From NCBI RefSeq assembly GCF_006345805.1, contig NC_043014.1, positions 23,932,001-23,996,000 of the forward strand: DNA of 64,000 nt, in the 5' to 3' direction. This document shows positions 24,920 to 38,079 of the stretch, piece by piece; position 1 is the stretch's first letter; the number at the start of each line of letters is the position of its first letter. Source of the stretch: Octopus sinensis (taxonomy: Eukaryota). Position numbers and translations under genes: made by a program. Below the pieces are notes generated by a model. It was given only the letters and a program-made list of their open reading frames with translations, ran no database searches and was not told the origin of the DNA.

Positions 24920-27530
24920 CAGTGAGACACAACTTCACATGTACATGCATTTATCAAGGTGGTTTTATGATATTGATTCTGTTGTGATGGTCAGGTTTCT
25001 CAAGTGCAGCAAGGTGCCAGATATCTCATTCCTTAGTCATTTCCTCCTTAAGGTTCAGCATCTTGAGATCAGCTCTCAATACTTTTTCCCATGTCTTCAT
25101 GGATTTCTGTCTTCCACACATTCCATCCTCTTTAAGTGACTAGTATTTCTTTATGCAACTATCCTTGTCCATATGCATCACAAGACCAAATCAATGCTGT
25201 TTTCTTTCTTGCATTCTACATCTAATTCCTCTTATACCTAACTTTTCTCTCAATATACTAGCACTGTCATACATGTACACTGACATTGCATTTCCAAAGG
25301 AGCATACTAGTTTCATCTCTCTCTAGTCTTCGCATGTCTATTGCACTCAGGGCCTACATCTCATTACCATGTAACATAATTCGTACACAAGCACCATACA
25401 ATCATTTTTTCATTTGGAGAGTGAGAGACCTTTAGTTGCCAACAGCACTAAAAGTTCTCTGAATTTTTTTCCATCCTGTTCTTAATCTAGTAATTACACT
25501 TTTGGAACATCCTTCTCCACTGTTACTTAAATCACATATGTAATAAAAACTACCTACACCCTCTAGAGATCTTCTGGGGCATATGAAGAAATCATGCATA
25601 TTCTACACACAAGCACTTTCTCTCAAAGTTCATGTGATTCTACAGCACTTCTTTTATCCATAGCTTGCACTGGGTACACCAAATAGAAATCCTGCCTACA
25701 TCTGTCCTATATATTGAGCAGAGCCATTTACTTAAAGGGGATAAGTTCCTGTCTTTTCTCTTGCTTACTAGGACCTTGATCTTTGCTAAGACAGCCTTAA
25801 GACCCTTTGATTTCAAGTTTTGCTTCCATACCTAGAATTTATTTTCTAGTCAGTTTCAGATTCTTCTATGAGAGCAAGATCATCAGCATATAGTAGTTCC
25901 CATGGGAATCCAGACTTAAATTCCTGTTATGGCCTGGAGGACACTGAAGAGGGGGGGGGAGAGAACTGAGCCTTGGTGAACACCTACCTGTACCCTAAAT
26001 TCATCACTACTAATGGCTAACTCTTAACTTACTCTTGTACCACTTTCACAATCCTAACATCCTCGGAGACCACCATATCACTGAGTAAGTTACTCTCTTG
26101 AAGATTTTCCAAATCAACAAATGACAAGTATAACAGATTATTCTTAGCTAAATTCTTCTCTTGCAGTTGCTTGACTACGAAGATAGCATCAGAAGTCCTC
26201 TCCTGCACAAAGCCACACTCATTTAATCTAGCCTAATTAATTGGATTATAACCTCTATCTCTCTCCACAACTTTCATCACCTGGTCCAGCAATTTGATAT
26301 CTCTACTTCTATCTGAGGCATCTCCCTTACCCTTGTAGCAGATGACAATGATGCTGCTATACCAGTCATTAGTGGGTAGTCATGCCTTCCTGAATAACTT
26401 TATTAACTATACAGGTGACTAGACTGTATCCTACTCCACCAGATATTTTAAGAAGTAAATTCTGATGGACCAGGGGCTTTCTGTCTTCATATCTTAAATT
26501 GCCATCACACTGCTGGTGCTTCTGTTGATTTCACATAGAGGAGACACCCTTTCTTTCTCCACATTTAATAGGCTTTCATAGTATCTCTTCCATGCCTCTT
26601 TCTTTTCTGAATCACTAAGTGCAAGTATAACATTATCCATTCCTACACACTGTCTAGTTGTCCAGAACACCTCAAGTCTCTGATCTTCATACTGTAAGAC
26701 AATGGCAAACCCTTTCTTTCTACTTCTGCTCTAGCTAGATAAACCTGTCACCAAGATTCCCTTTTAGCTACCTGATATGGTTTTTCGCTACCCCCAACTT
26801 TCCACTTTCTCCAGACCCATCTCTTCTCTTTTGTGGTCCTATCAACCTCACTATTCCACCACCATTAGTCTGGCAGAAGATTTGCTCCAGCCACAGATTG
26901 TCATCCTTATTAGGTTATTCCATAAGAACTTCCAAGTTGTCTTTTATGTTATGTCTTTATCGCTTCCTCTTTTTCATCAAATGCTTCATTTAGAACATTG
27001 CTAAATCTCTAGCTTGAAAGATCCTTGAGCTTCCATAACCTTTTCCATATTGGTTTGTCTCTCTAGGCCCTTTTAGCTATAGGTCACTAACCACTAACGT
27101 ATGAAGAGTTGTACATTCTTCACCTAAGGACTTTGCATCCATGCATGTTTCTAGTGAGAATGTAGTCAATCTCGCTTGTTTACTCACCAGATAGATAGGT
27201 GATCAGATGGCTGGCAGGTTTCCTGAAATCAGTATTGCAAATCAAGCAAGTCATTTGCATCACAAAACTCCAGCAGCTTTGTTCCCTCATTTCTAGAACC
27301 AAGGCTGTAACTGCCATGAAATCTATCAAAGAGCTTCCCAACACGTCCACTGAAGTGAATGATAATGTTGTCTTTTGTTGAACAAAACCAGTTATCTGAG
27401 ATTTTAGGGAACAGTTCTATTAACCTACTGTGTTTGAGTGTCCAAGTTACTGGATTTCTGGATCAGTAGTAGCTGAGCCCTAAATCAACCCTGGTTGAAC
27501 AGGTATACAATATGATCAAAAGAGTTACAG
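24920..27530 (-). mobile_element. Old near-full-length RTE LINE, antisense in SNX intron 1
   Basis: Decayed endonuclease (~27100-27480), ICYKGKGDA (~26330), FPWELLYADDLAL (~25890) and C-terminal WFGLVMHMDKDSC (~25180). Confidence 0.85.
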
Positions 27531-27788
27531 CTAATATCATTGTCATTTTGTAATCCTCCCTTTTCAAGATAGTAGAGTGTGATTTGAGGAAATTTGGTTC
27601 CTTGTAAGTCAAATGACTATGGAGGTTCTTTCATGGCTTAGTTTGAGTACTGTATATGTTCTAATTACATCTAACTTTGCTAGCCCTTCTTACCAAATAT
27701 TACTTTGCAGTACTACTCTATTTTAGCCAATACTATAGACATGATGTTTTGTAGGGAATTACATGCCAAATACCACCTTCCTTTACAG

Positions 27789-27904
27789 AACCGGCATCTT
27801 ATCCAGATCGAGTACCATTTGATGGGCAATATTATGGAAATGAGCGAGTCAATTTTGAAGTGACTTCAGCTGATAAAGTCAAACAGGGACGTTCCTCATT
27901 TGTG
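27789..27904 (+). CDS. SNX21: Sorting nexin 20/21-like, coding exon 2 (start of PX domain)
   Basis: Acceptor CCTTCCTTTACAG, donor GTG|GTGAGT. Reads EPASYPDRVPFDGQYYGNERVNFEVTSADKVKQGRSSFV, matching the SNX21 FEVTSA...K...V first PX strand. Confidence 0.92.
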
Positions 27905-28609
27905 GTGAGTTAGCTCTTTTTTGTCATTGATATTTCTCAACTTCTGACGTTTTATCTCCCTTTGGTTTTATTACTGGAGAATCCCTTATAGCCAAGGAAG
28001 AATCCACCTGTTAGCAGAAGTATGTGATGTATGAGCTGGAATGGCATGTTGTCCATTAACAGTAACATACATACAGCTCTTATCCAAAGCTAAAGGTGAA
28101 TCTAACTTCGAGGTAAGAAAGACAACTGGTGGTGTCTTTTCTGAAATTCCCCAGCAACAATTGTGGTAGTGTAGAATAAAAAGCTAATAATGGATTTTCT
28201 CATGATCAAATTGCACCAGTATAAAAACATCTGCATGTTCACTCAACATACTAAAAATAGCAGCTAAATTTCCTTTTGTTTCCTAGGTGGGATAGTGTAA
28301 TTTGAAGGAAATTTGGCTGCTAGAAGTAGCAGCCAAATTTCCTTCAAATTACATTCCAGCAGGTCAGGTAACCTCATAAAATCTCCTTTGTAAAGCTTTG
28401 TAAGGTTGGTTATGTACAAGAACATAAAATGATTTGGTCAACGAAAATGGTGCAATTTCAGTCTATCAGCATCAGTGTTAACAGTATAAATGGGAATCCA
28501 AACTAGTTAGAGACAACTTATCTAGAAATAGCTAGTACTGGAAGCTCAACTATTACCATGTACACACTTACCTCTATTTTCTGATACAATCATAGCAACT
28601 CTGAAGAAC

Positions 28610-28733
28610 TTTTCTCCATTTCTGAAATATGATATTCAGAAGAATTTTGTCATTTTTTCTACTTAAAAGAAGTCCAGACTGCCAGTAGCCTAATAAATGA
28701 TCATAGATACTCTCAAACAATTCCTGATGGAAA
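28610..28733 (+). pseudogene. Decayed direct copy of part of SNX exon 3 inside intron 2
   Basis: Aligns with 30149-30273 at roughly 85-90% identity; CGA>TGA stop and a 2-nt deletion. Confidence 0.9.
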
Positions 28734-28819
28734 TTCAGTAGAATTAAAGAGCCATGCCTAATGCAATACAATATAGTCTCATCCCTCTACATTTTAAATT
28801 CAAAATGTATCAAGGTTCA

Positions 28820-29230
28820 ACATCATCATTTAATGTCTGTTTTCCATGCTGGCATGGGCTGGATGGTTTGACTGAAAATTGATTTGATTTGGCAAAGTTT
28901 CTATGGCTGGATGCCCTTCCTAATGCCAACCACTCCAAGAGTGTAGTGAATGTTTTTTCATGTGCTACTGGTATCAGCCACGACTACAGTCTCACTTAGC
29001 TTGACAGGTCTACACAAGCACGGTATATTGCCAAAGGTCTTGGTCACCTGTCACTGCTTCCATGAGGCCCAAAATTCCAACGGTGCTTTTTACATGCCAG
29101 TTAGATAGCACTGGCATCAGCCACAGCAACGGTCTCACTTGGTTTGACAGGTCTTCCAAAGCTCTCAGTCGCTTGTCATTGCCTCTGTGAGGCCCAACAT
29201 TCAAAGATCATGCTACACCACCTTGTCCCA
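28820..29230 (-). mobile_element. RTE 3' UTR-derived fragment
   Basis: CATCATCATTTAATG...GGATGCCCTTCCTAATGCCAACCAC motif shared with the other (GAT)n-tailed copies. Confidence 0.75.
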
Positions 29231-29928
29231 TGATGTCCTCGGTCTACCTCATCTACAGATTATAAGATTGATAATACTTTTTAATGGTTCAATGCAGAGG
29301 AAGGACAACTCGTAACCTCTTGTACAACTTGAGACTAGTTGGAATAAGAAATCCTCAGAATGAAGACAACTAGGGTCAAGCCACCCAAAGACTAGGTGGT
29401 AAGTCAAGTCAACCATCCCAAAACAGACACAGTCCTTGACAGGAGCTTTCAGATTTCCTTTCAAAGTAACTGGCACTCCATCAGTGAGGGTTCTAGTTGA
29501 GCCTGCTTGTGAAATTAAACATAGTTCTTAGGGAGATTCAGCATAACTCAGAATGTGACAAGGCTGACTCTTTGAATTACAGGTACAACTCATTTTTGCC
29601 AGCTGAAATGATTAGAGCAACATGAAATAAAGTGTCTTCCACAAGGACACAAAATGTCACCAGGAATTGAACTCCTGACCTTATAATCATGAGCCAAGTA
29701 CCCTAATCACTAACCCACATGCCTTCACTACTGAAGTATTCACCAAGGTACCATGCAATGAGATTAAACTCAAAACTATATGATTGTATATATCTAATTG
29801 AGTAAGATAGACAATACCCCCGCCCCTACAAAAAACTGGACTTGAGTAAGAACCCAATATTTTGTGAGGATGGCAGCAATGATTCAGATATTTGATAATT
29901 TAACTGCTTCTGTTTGTTTCAATTATAG

Positions 29929-30612
29929 ATGTACACAGTGCTAATCAGCAAGAACTCTGGGATTGATAAAATGCCAACCATGATAGAGAAACGTTACTCT
30001 GATTTTGCAAAGCTTCACCACAGGTTGAAAAAGAAGATTCCCCATAAGATGGAAGACATTTTCTTCCCTAAAAAACTTCTAACAGGTAACTTCACTAGTG
30101 AGACAATTGCTCGTCGTAGCAGAGCATTCGAACAGTATCTCACTCACATTTTCTCTATTTCTGAAATACGATATTCAGAAGAATTTGCTAATTTTTTCTA
30201 CCTAAAAGAACTGCAGACTGCCTATAGCCTAATAAATGACCATAAATACTCTCAAGCAATTCCTTTGATGGAAAAGTATCTTCCCATCCAAGAGAAGGTA
30301 CATTCAGATGCTCACCCAGATGTCATGTTGACCCTATGTGCAATAGCTGCTTGTTATCATCAACTAGACCGACCTTATATGGCTCATCGGTATGCAGAGA
30401 CAGCACTCAACTGCATGCAAAACTTTGACATTGTAGACAATACCATCTATGTTGCTCTTCTACAGCTCTCCATTCGGGTGTGCTGGACTTTAGGTAAAGA
30501 CAAAAGGAATATGGAAGCACAACTTCAGAATCTCCACAAACAAGGTATTGTTACAGAAAACACTTGCTCTTTAATGGACATAGTCAAATCACGCATTAGG
30601 AAAAGCTACTAG
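29929..30612 (+). CDS. SNX21: Sorting nexin 20/21-like, coding exon 3 (PX core plus PXB/TPR-like domain) and stop
   Basis: Acceptor TTTCAATTATAG in phase 0. KRYSDFAKLH, FPKKLLTGNFTSETIARRSRAFEQYL and the helical PXB region are characteristic of SNX20/21. Spliced CDS is 1239 nt (412 aa). Confidence 0.95.
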   Translation: MYTVLISKNSGIDKMPTMIEKRYSDFAKLHHRLKKKIPHKMEDIFFPKKLLTGNFTSETIARRSRAFEQYLTHIFSISEIRYSEEFANFFYLKELQTAYSLINDHKYSQAIPLMEKYLPIQEKVHSDAHPDVMLTLCAIAACYHQLDRPYMAHRYAETALNCMQNFDIVDNTIYVALLQLSIRVCWTLGKDKRNMEAQLQNLHKQGIVTENTCSLMDIVKSRIRKSY

Positions 30613-32582
30613 AAAAGAAAAATATCAAATTAAGTATAGATTAATTAAATTTCCCCTTTAAAATTTTATGCAGGAAAATGATTTGATTTTAAATCTAATT
30701 TAGCTTTGCTTTTAAGCATTGAAGCCCCAAATGAAAAGATCTGACCAGCTTGTACGTTCACTTATAAAAGAGAAATAGAATGCAACTGAGTCATTCAAAA
30801 CATGAAAAAAATGTGAACAATAATACACACAAAAAAAGTAAGTAAATAATAATGTCAGAATTTTGTTTCCTTAGCTGAGCTGGTTGTGCAAGTTGTCTAT
30901 AGAGGAAGGAGCAGCAGATCCCTTCTACTGATGTAGCTGTGACTCAATGAATTACTAGACTTACACAAATACAAACCCTGCTGCTGCCAATGTATTGTGA
31001 ACATTAGTGTACACACTACTTTCCATGCCTTAAAAAAAAATTATGCAAAAACTAAGTTTTTGTAAATAAATAAAAAACAGCACTCCACTTCAGAATTTTT
31101 TTGTTTATAATCTAGCCAGAGAAACTGGTGGTGATGGCGGTGGGGCGGTTGTCTTCTGATCAGAGAACCTGAACAAATGTTTTCAACAGACTAGACTCCA
31201 GGTCATTTACCAAATTTAATTAAAAAAGCATCGGTTGACCCAAAGCTATGATAAAAGACATTTGCTCAAGGTACTGTGCAGTGGTATAGCATTGAAACCA
31301 TACAACTGCAGAGTGAGTATCTACTTCCTATATAGTGAAATGTAAGAGATTTGTTTGGCTACTTGATTGGAGTTTTATTTATTTTCTTTTTACCAGCATT
31401 GTTGAAACATGCAATGTTGAAGATGGTGACTGTGAAAAATTGCTAGCCTGCTCACTGAAGGGTCAATAATTAATACCTTCTCACTGTACTGTGTAGGTGT
31501 TGCTAAAGAGACTTAATTGTTGTCGACTCAGTAATAAGTTGCTGTAGATAAAGGAAGTTCAGCACACCACAGGTATGAGGATAGTCTTGTAGTGATGGGT
31601 TAATATAAAAAAAGGTAAAATTTAAAAAAATAAAAAAGGTGGGGGGGGGGGGGGATTGCCTGTCTAGCTAAAGGGAAATGTGTCTCAACTGCTTAATATT
31701 TGCCTGGGAGAAAAAGGAGATGCAAAAAAGGAGGAAAATCCAAATAAATCTGGGATAAACAGCAGTATGTTGCAAATATTCTGGTAAATGGTGTAAAATT
31801 AAATAAAAGGTCTCATGTAAGATGTGTTACAATTTCCTTTTTGTATGAAAAAAAAATCAATTTTCGACACTATAAAAAATACAAACAAATTCAGCATTCC
31901 AAAAGAGTTAAGGCTTGCCTAGAAAACTCAATGTTGAGCCCAACCAGCCAAAGAATCGACAGCTCAAGACAATGAGAAAGTCACTACATGCTTCCTTGAC
32001 CTGCTAGAAATAGTAGCCAAATCTGAAATTACATTAAGATCCGTTTCCCATTCAAACTGACTAGAATCAGCCTCTCACACCTACCACAGAATGTTATTCT
32101 AAAAATACACAATCATGTTATTGAAATCTTAAAACTACAAGATAATGCATGATAAATTCAAACCATTTGAATAAATAAGCATTATGTCTGACAGAGTAAT
32201 CTGAATTAAAAAGAATTTTTAAAAAAGAAAGAAGAAAAATACATCTAGACCTGAATAAACAAAAACATGAAAGCTGAGATCAGAAAAAAACAATTAGTTC
32301 ATATTCCATTATTAGCACTGTTGTGTTCATAATCAAAATCTTATGCCAAACTTCAATTATGTTGTTTACTAAGTAATGTTTGGACCCAATTAAAAAGATA
32401 AAAACCACAAACAGTAATTGGTTTACAAAATAAATGAAATTACTACATTGAAAGAAATTTATTTCAAGTTATTATTTTTTTGCTGTATATACATACACTA
32501 AAAGTAAAATTAGAAAATAAAAATAATCTTTAGAAAAATTATTATTAAAGCAATTGATATGCATGCCAAGTAAGTTGTACAA

Positions 32583-32642
<60 letters not shown>

Positions 32643-33613
32643 CACTTTAATTCCTTCACAATCCAAGTCCAGTGTCTACTTCACTTCCATTTATGTATAC
32701 ATACATTAAAAAAGGAAAAAATACACCATGCAGCTGAGTAATACTGAAAGTATGTACATTTTGTCCTTAATATTGGTTTGAATTTAAGAACTTAAAGAAC
32801 AAGAAACACTAAATTAAAAGTGCCATTATTACAAGATTGCATAAATAGCTTACTGCTATAAAACAAAACTTTCTCTCACTCACACACGTGAACTTCAGGT
32901 TAGTTAAAATATGGGTTGTGGCATAATTTGACTTCTAAAGATAAATTCACTGCATTTACTATGGAGATAAAAATTCTTCTTCATGGGATAAAAGGTGTAA
33001 AAACACCTTATCTGCTCAGTGTCTCTCTAACAGATGTGTTTCTGGCTTTTTAACCTTCTTTAGGAGGTACTGAAGAAAGGCAGTCCTAAAACCATAGCTT
33101 TATCTTAGAGCAGTCAATATTAGTGACTGGTTGTGCTCGCAGACTGCCTGGTCAAAATATACAAGTACCAATGCAATGCAGTGATGAGGAATACACAAAG
33201 TGAAAGGAAGTCCATTAGAGAGGGAGAGAGAGAGTGAAAAGATATGGTGTTTTTACACCCTTTGCCATAAGTGAGAATTCTTTCCTCATAGTAACTGCAG
33301 TGAATTTGCTCTTAGAAGTATGTCACAAATATATTTTCACTAACCTAAAGTTAGTTTATTTATCATCACTGATAGTATTATATATTTGTGTGTGTGTGTG
33401 TCTATTCCTAAAACAAAGTTTATTCATAACATAGCTAAATTAGAAACTAACAAAATAAATTTAAAAGGACCTTACTTTTGATATAACTGTCATAGATAAA
33501 ATAATCCAATAGGAAAAATAATTTTTATTTTAAACTACAATTTAGAGAAAAAAAAGAAAAATGAAATTGGCATGCAGTTATTCGATTATGAGGAATTCAT
33601 GGAGGTGACCATT

Positions 33614-33776
33614 TTAATTGGTACTTGTTAGACTAGGTACTGAAGGTTGATACTCAAAGTTCATGAATATCATCCACAACATAAAACCCAACACAATCAT
33701 TATAAGGAGCTTTGTAATCCAAGACATGCCAGCTTTAGCAGGAACAGCAGATGAGGAGACTCCTGGTTCACGCAAA
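33614..33776 (-). CDS. Terminal coding exon of a tail-anchored membrane protein (LAP2-beta/emerin-like)
   Basis: Acceptor TTTACATTTTCTCCATAG. Reads LREPGVSSSAVPAKAGMSWITKLLIMIVLGFMLWMIFMNFEYQPSVPSLTSTN*, i.e. one TM helix with a short luminal tail. Confidence 0.85.
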
Positions 33777-34814
33777 CTATGGAGAAAATGTAAATAAATA
33801 TATACAAATTAATGAACAAAGTTAAGCAGGAAACAATGAATATGAAGTAAATATATTTTATAAAAAATTTTAAATGAGTAGTTAAAATGCTAAATCACTC
33901 CACATGCTAGTAATGGCAGCTAAATCCCCTTTAAATGAAACCTCACCATCTTAAGGAGAGAGATATAGTAAAAAGGATTTTGCTCAGAGGTTTGCTCAAT
34001 AAGGGAAATGTTGGGCTAAAAAACAATGCAATACTATGTGGGGAGGTACTATTCTCATTAAACCCAATCATTATGCTGCAAAGCACATTAAGTACAAAAA
34101 GATTAACAATTGTTGCACTCCTACTGAATCCATTTTCTGGTTTTCATTGAGATTAACAACAGAATCTAATGAAGGCAACTTTATATAGTCACTCAACTTT
34201 CTAGAAGCAGCAACTAATGTTTAAATCATATCCTGCAGTTGAGATAGACTTTGCCTTTCATCCTTTCAGGGTTGATAAATTAAGTACTAGCCACGCACTA
34301 GGGTCAGTATAATCAACTTACTCCTTCTCATGAAAATCCAGTCTTTGTTCCTATTGCAGAAAGGATTATAATTATTTTGAAAACTTAGCAGCATTTTGTG
34401 TCTTAACATTCTGAGTTCAAACTGCTGCTGAAGTTGACTTTACATTTCATGGTTGATAAAATAAATACCAGTTGCGTACTGAGATTGATGTAATTGACTT
34501 ACCCCTTCCCCTGAAATTGCTAACCTTGTACCAAAATTTATTATTGTTGACCCACATGACTTGCTTCACTCACCCCACTCCTCCTCCTCCTTTTTTGTTA
34601 TTGCAGCATGGAGATGGGTAGGGCAGTAGTATGGCTGTCACAACAGACAATCTCTATATCTCTCACTCACATGCACACACAAACTCCAAACCCCAATTTT
34701 TTGACGGGGAAATAAACACAACAGCATTGGTTGTCAAGCGATGTTGGGAGGGGCAAACACAGACACACAAACATATACATATATATATATATATATATCT
34801 ATATATATATATAT

Positions 34815-34972
34815 ATACGACATGCTTTTTTCAGTTTCCGTCTACCAAATCCACTTACAAGGCTTTGGTCGGCCCGGGGCTATAGTAGGAGACACTTGCC
34901 CAATGTGCCACGCAGTGGGGCTGAACCCAGAACCATGTGGTTGGTAAGCAAGCTACTTACCACACAGCCACT
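34815..34972 (-). mobile_element. tRNA-derived SINE (second family)
   Basis: On minus: A-box TGGCTGTGTGG, B-box GGTTCAGCCCC, then GGCACATTGGGCAAGTG core. Other copies at 58190-58335 (-) and 59625-59775 (+). Confidence 0.85.
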
Positions 34973-35499
34973 GCAATCATCATCATCATTTAATGTCTGT
35001 TTTCTATGCTGTCACAGGTTGGACAGTTTGGCCAGAGCTGGGAAGCAGTACCAAGTTCACATCATCTGTTTTGCCTCATTTCTACAGTTGGATGCCCTTT
35101 CCAACCACTTGACAGCATGTACTTTTTACGTTGTATCAGCATAGGTGCTAAGTAAATATAAACAAAGATTAAACTTTTGCAATAAAACTTATAAATAACC
35201 CTGATATTTTGGCTAAAAAAAAATCCCTAGTCATAGGTATAAAGAGCAGGAGAGATGTTTTGCTTTGTCAGAATTCCTAACTCTTGTGCATGTGAGAGTG
35301 CATGCACACACACATACTCGCTCACATATACATTTTAAATATTTTGAAGCACTGAGAAATTTTAAAATGTACAGCATATGATTTAAATAAAAATATTCTT
35401 TCATGGAAAAGAGTTGACAATGTTAATATTTTTTTTTCCTGTGTAAAGGGCATTTACTTCATATTGGGCACTATTTGTAGCCACATTCACAACTGAACA

Positions 35500-37240
35500 T
35501 CATCATCATCGTTTAACGTCCATTTTCCATGCTAGCATGGGTTGGACGGTTCAACTGGGGTCTGGGAAGCCAGAAGGCTGTGCCAGGCCCAGTCTGATCT
35601 GGCAGTGTTTCTACGGCTGAATGCCCTTCCTAACGCCAACCACTCCGCGAGTGTAGTGGGTGCTTTTTACGTGCCACCTGCACAGGTGCCAGACGAGGCT
35701 GGCAACGGCCACAATCAGATGGTGCATTTTATGTGCCACCAGCACGGAGGCCAGTCGGGGCGGCGCTGGCAACGGCCACGTTTGGATGGTCTCTTACGTG
35801 CCATCGGCACTGGTATCACAGCTACAATTTCCATTGATGTTGATCAATTTCGATTTTGATTTTGATTTTCACTTGCCTCAACAGGCCTTCACAAGTAGGG
35901 TTTGTGTCACAAGAAGGAAAGGTATGCATAAATGGGCTGGCTACATCCCAGGTAGAGGCCATGGGTTATGGTCTCACTTGTCCTGCCGGGTCTTCCCACG
36001 CACAGCATACTTCCATAGGTCTCGGTCTCTGGTCATCTTGTCCCAGGTTTTCCTGGATCTTCCTCTTCCACAGGTTCCCTCAACCGCTAGGGTGTGGCAC
36101 TTTTCCACACAACTATCTTCATCCATTCTCGCTACATGACCATACCAGCGCAAACGTCTCTCTTGCACACCACAACTGATGCTTCTTAGATCCAACTTTT
36201 CTCTCAAGGTACTTACACTCTGTCGAGTATGAACACTAACATTACATTTCCATCGGAGCATACTGGCTTCGTTTCTTGTGAGCTTACGCATGTCCTCAGC
36301 AGTCACGGCCCAAGTTTCACTGCCATGTAGCATGGCTGTTTGTACACATGTGTCATACAGTCTGCCTTTTATTCTGAGCGAGAGGCCTTTTGTCACCAGC
36401 AGAGGTAAGAGCTCTCTGAACTTTGCCCAGGCTATTCTTACTCTAGCAGTTACACTTTCAGCACACCCGCCCCCGCTACTGACTTGGTCACCTAGGTAAC
36501 GGAAGCTATCAACAATTTCTAGTTTTTCTCCCTGGAATGTGGCAGAAGTTAGTCTCTGAGCATTTTCAGTGTTTATTGCTCCTGAGCATCTGCCACATAC
36601 AAAAACTATTTTCCTAGTTAGTCTTCCTTTGACATTGCTGCACCTCTTATGTATCCATAGCTTACACTTGGTGCATCTTATAGAGTTTCTACCTACGCCT
36701 TTTCTACTGATCGAGCAGGGCCATCTACCTGAAGGCGTTTGTGATTTGCCTGCCTTCCTACATATTAGGACTTTGGTTTTAGCTAGGCTGATTTTAAGGC
36801 CCTTCAATTCTAATCCTTGTCTCCACACTTGAAACTTTGCCTCTACTTCTGATAGTGATTCAGCAATTAGAGCAAGGTCATCAGCATATAGGAGCTCCCA
36901 GGGGCATCCTGTCTTCAATTTCTCCGTTATTGCCTTATCTTTGGCTAGGTATTTCTCCTGCAGCTGTTTCACCAGAAATATGGCATCAGTGGTGCTTTTC
37001 CCTGGCACAAAACCAAACTGCATCTCATCCAAGCTGACTCTCTCCCTAATCAGTTGGGCTATGAACCTCTCTGTAACCTTCATTACCTGACCCAACAGCT
37101 TGATACCTCTGTAATTATTTGTATCTAAAGCATCACCTTTACCTTTGTAGTAGTTGACTATTATGCTGCTGCACCAGTCATTGGGTATGACTCCTTCATG
37201 TATCACCTAGTTAACTATACAAGTGACTAGGCTATAGCTG
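35500..37240 (-). mobile_element. RTE LINE copy A (PHD-finger family), 5'-truncated, internal RT deletion
   Basis: 410-aa ORF with YKGKGD, YADD, a C4HC3 finger and LRWYGHV; 3' UTR ending in (GAT)n at ~35503. Confidence 0.93.
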
Positions 37241-37474
37241 ACACTCACCATAAAAAGACATTCACATGTATATGTTCACCCTATAGTGTATGTAAATGTT
37301 TACATTCTGCACTTTGCAATGTAAAGTTTGAGCTAGCAAAAAAAAAATTTAATTGATGTTAGCTGATATTCCCCCATTGACGAAATTTTTCACTAGTTCT
37401 TTAGTTCTGTTGTCATGATATTCATAATATCATGACAACAGAAAGTGGAAGATAAATTTGTAAAGATAATTTAC

Positions 37475-37564
37475 CTTGTGTAGCTGCTTTGGTCTTGATC
37501 AGCTCTGTTGTTCAATGGTCTGCGGCTTAAACTGCTACTGAGATGACTACTGCTAATTTGAGGG
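37475..37564 (-). CDS. Penultimate 90-nt coding exon of the LAP2-like gene
   Basis: Acceptor TTTCTTTTGCAACTCTACAAG, donor AAG|GTAAAT. Reads PQISSSHLSSSLSRRPLNNRADQDQSSYT, phase 2-2, and joins 33776 in frame (AG+T = Ser). Confidence 0.8.
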
Positions 37565-38079
37565 CTTGTAGAGTTGCAAAAGAAATATAGTACAGGAGGT
37601 TAATGACATAAACACTTTTTCTTTCATTAAATTTATTAACCTACACAAAAATTATTAAGTCTAACCAAATTTACACCAAGATGTATATTAGAACTGATAC
37701 GAAATGTTGGCAAAAAATTATGAGTGTGTATGCCAGTGAATAGGCAAATGAGGGGAAAATAAATTCCTTATTAGAAGTAGGTAAAGTTCATTCACAGCTG
37801 AGTTTGAATTTCAGTGTAATAAACAGAAACGAGAAAACTGAATATTCAGAGTGAAGACTCAACTTCAAATAATTGTAGAGATAATATACACAATACATAC
37901 AAACATATGTGGGTATCCCAAATACCAGCCACATCAGTTGATCATCAACAAAAGCTTATAAAAGATAGCTTCATAGCTTCAAATTAACTAAATAATGAAG
38001 ATATTTAAAAGAAATGCCAAAAATTTAATTAAAGGACAGAATGAACTATGATAACAAGCATTTTCAGTCTGTACTGACA

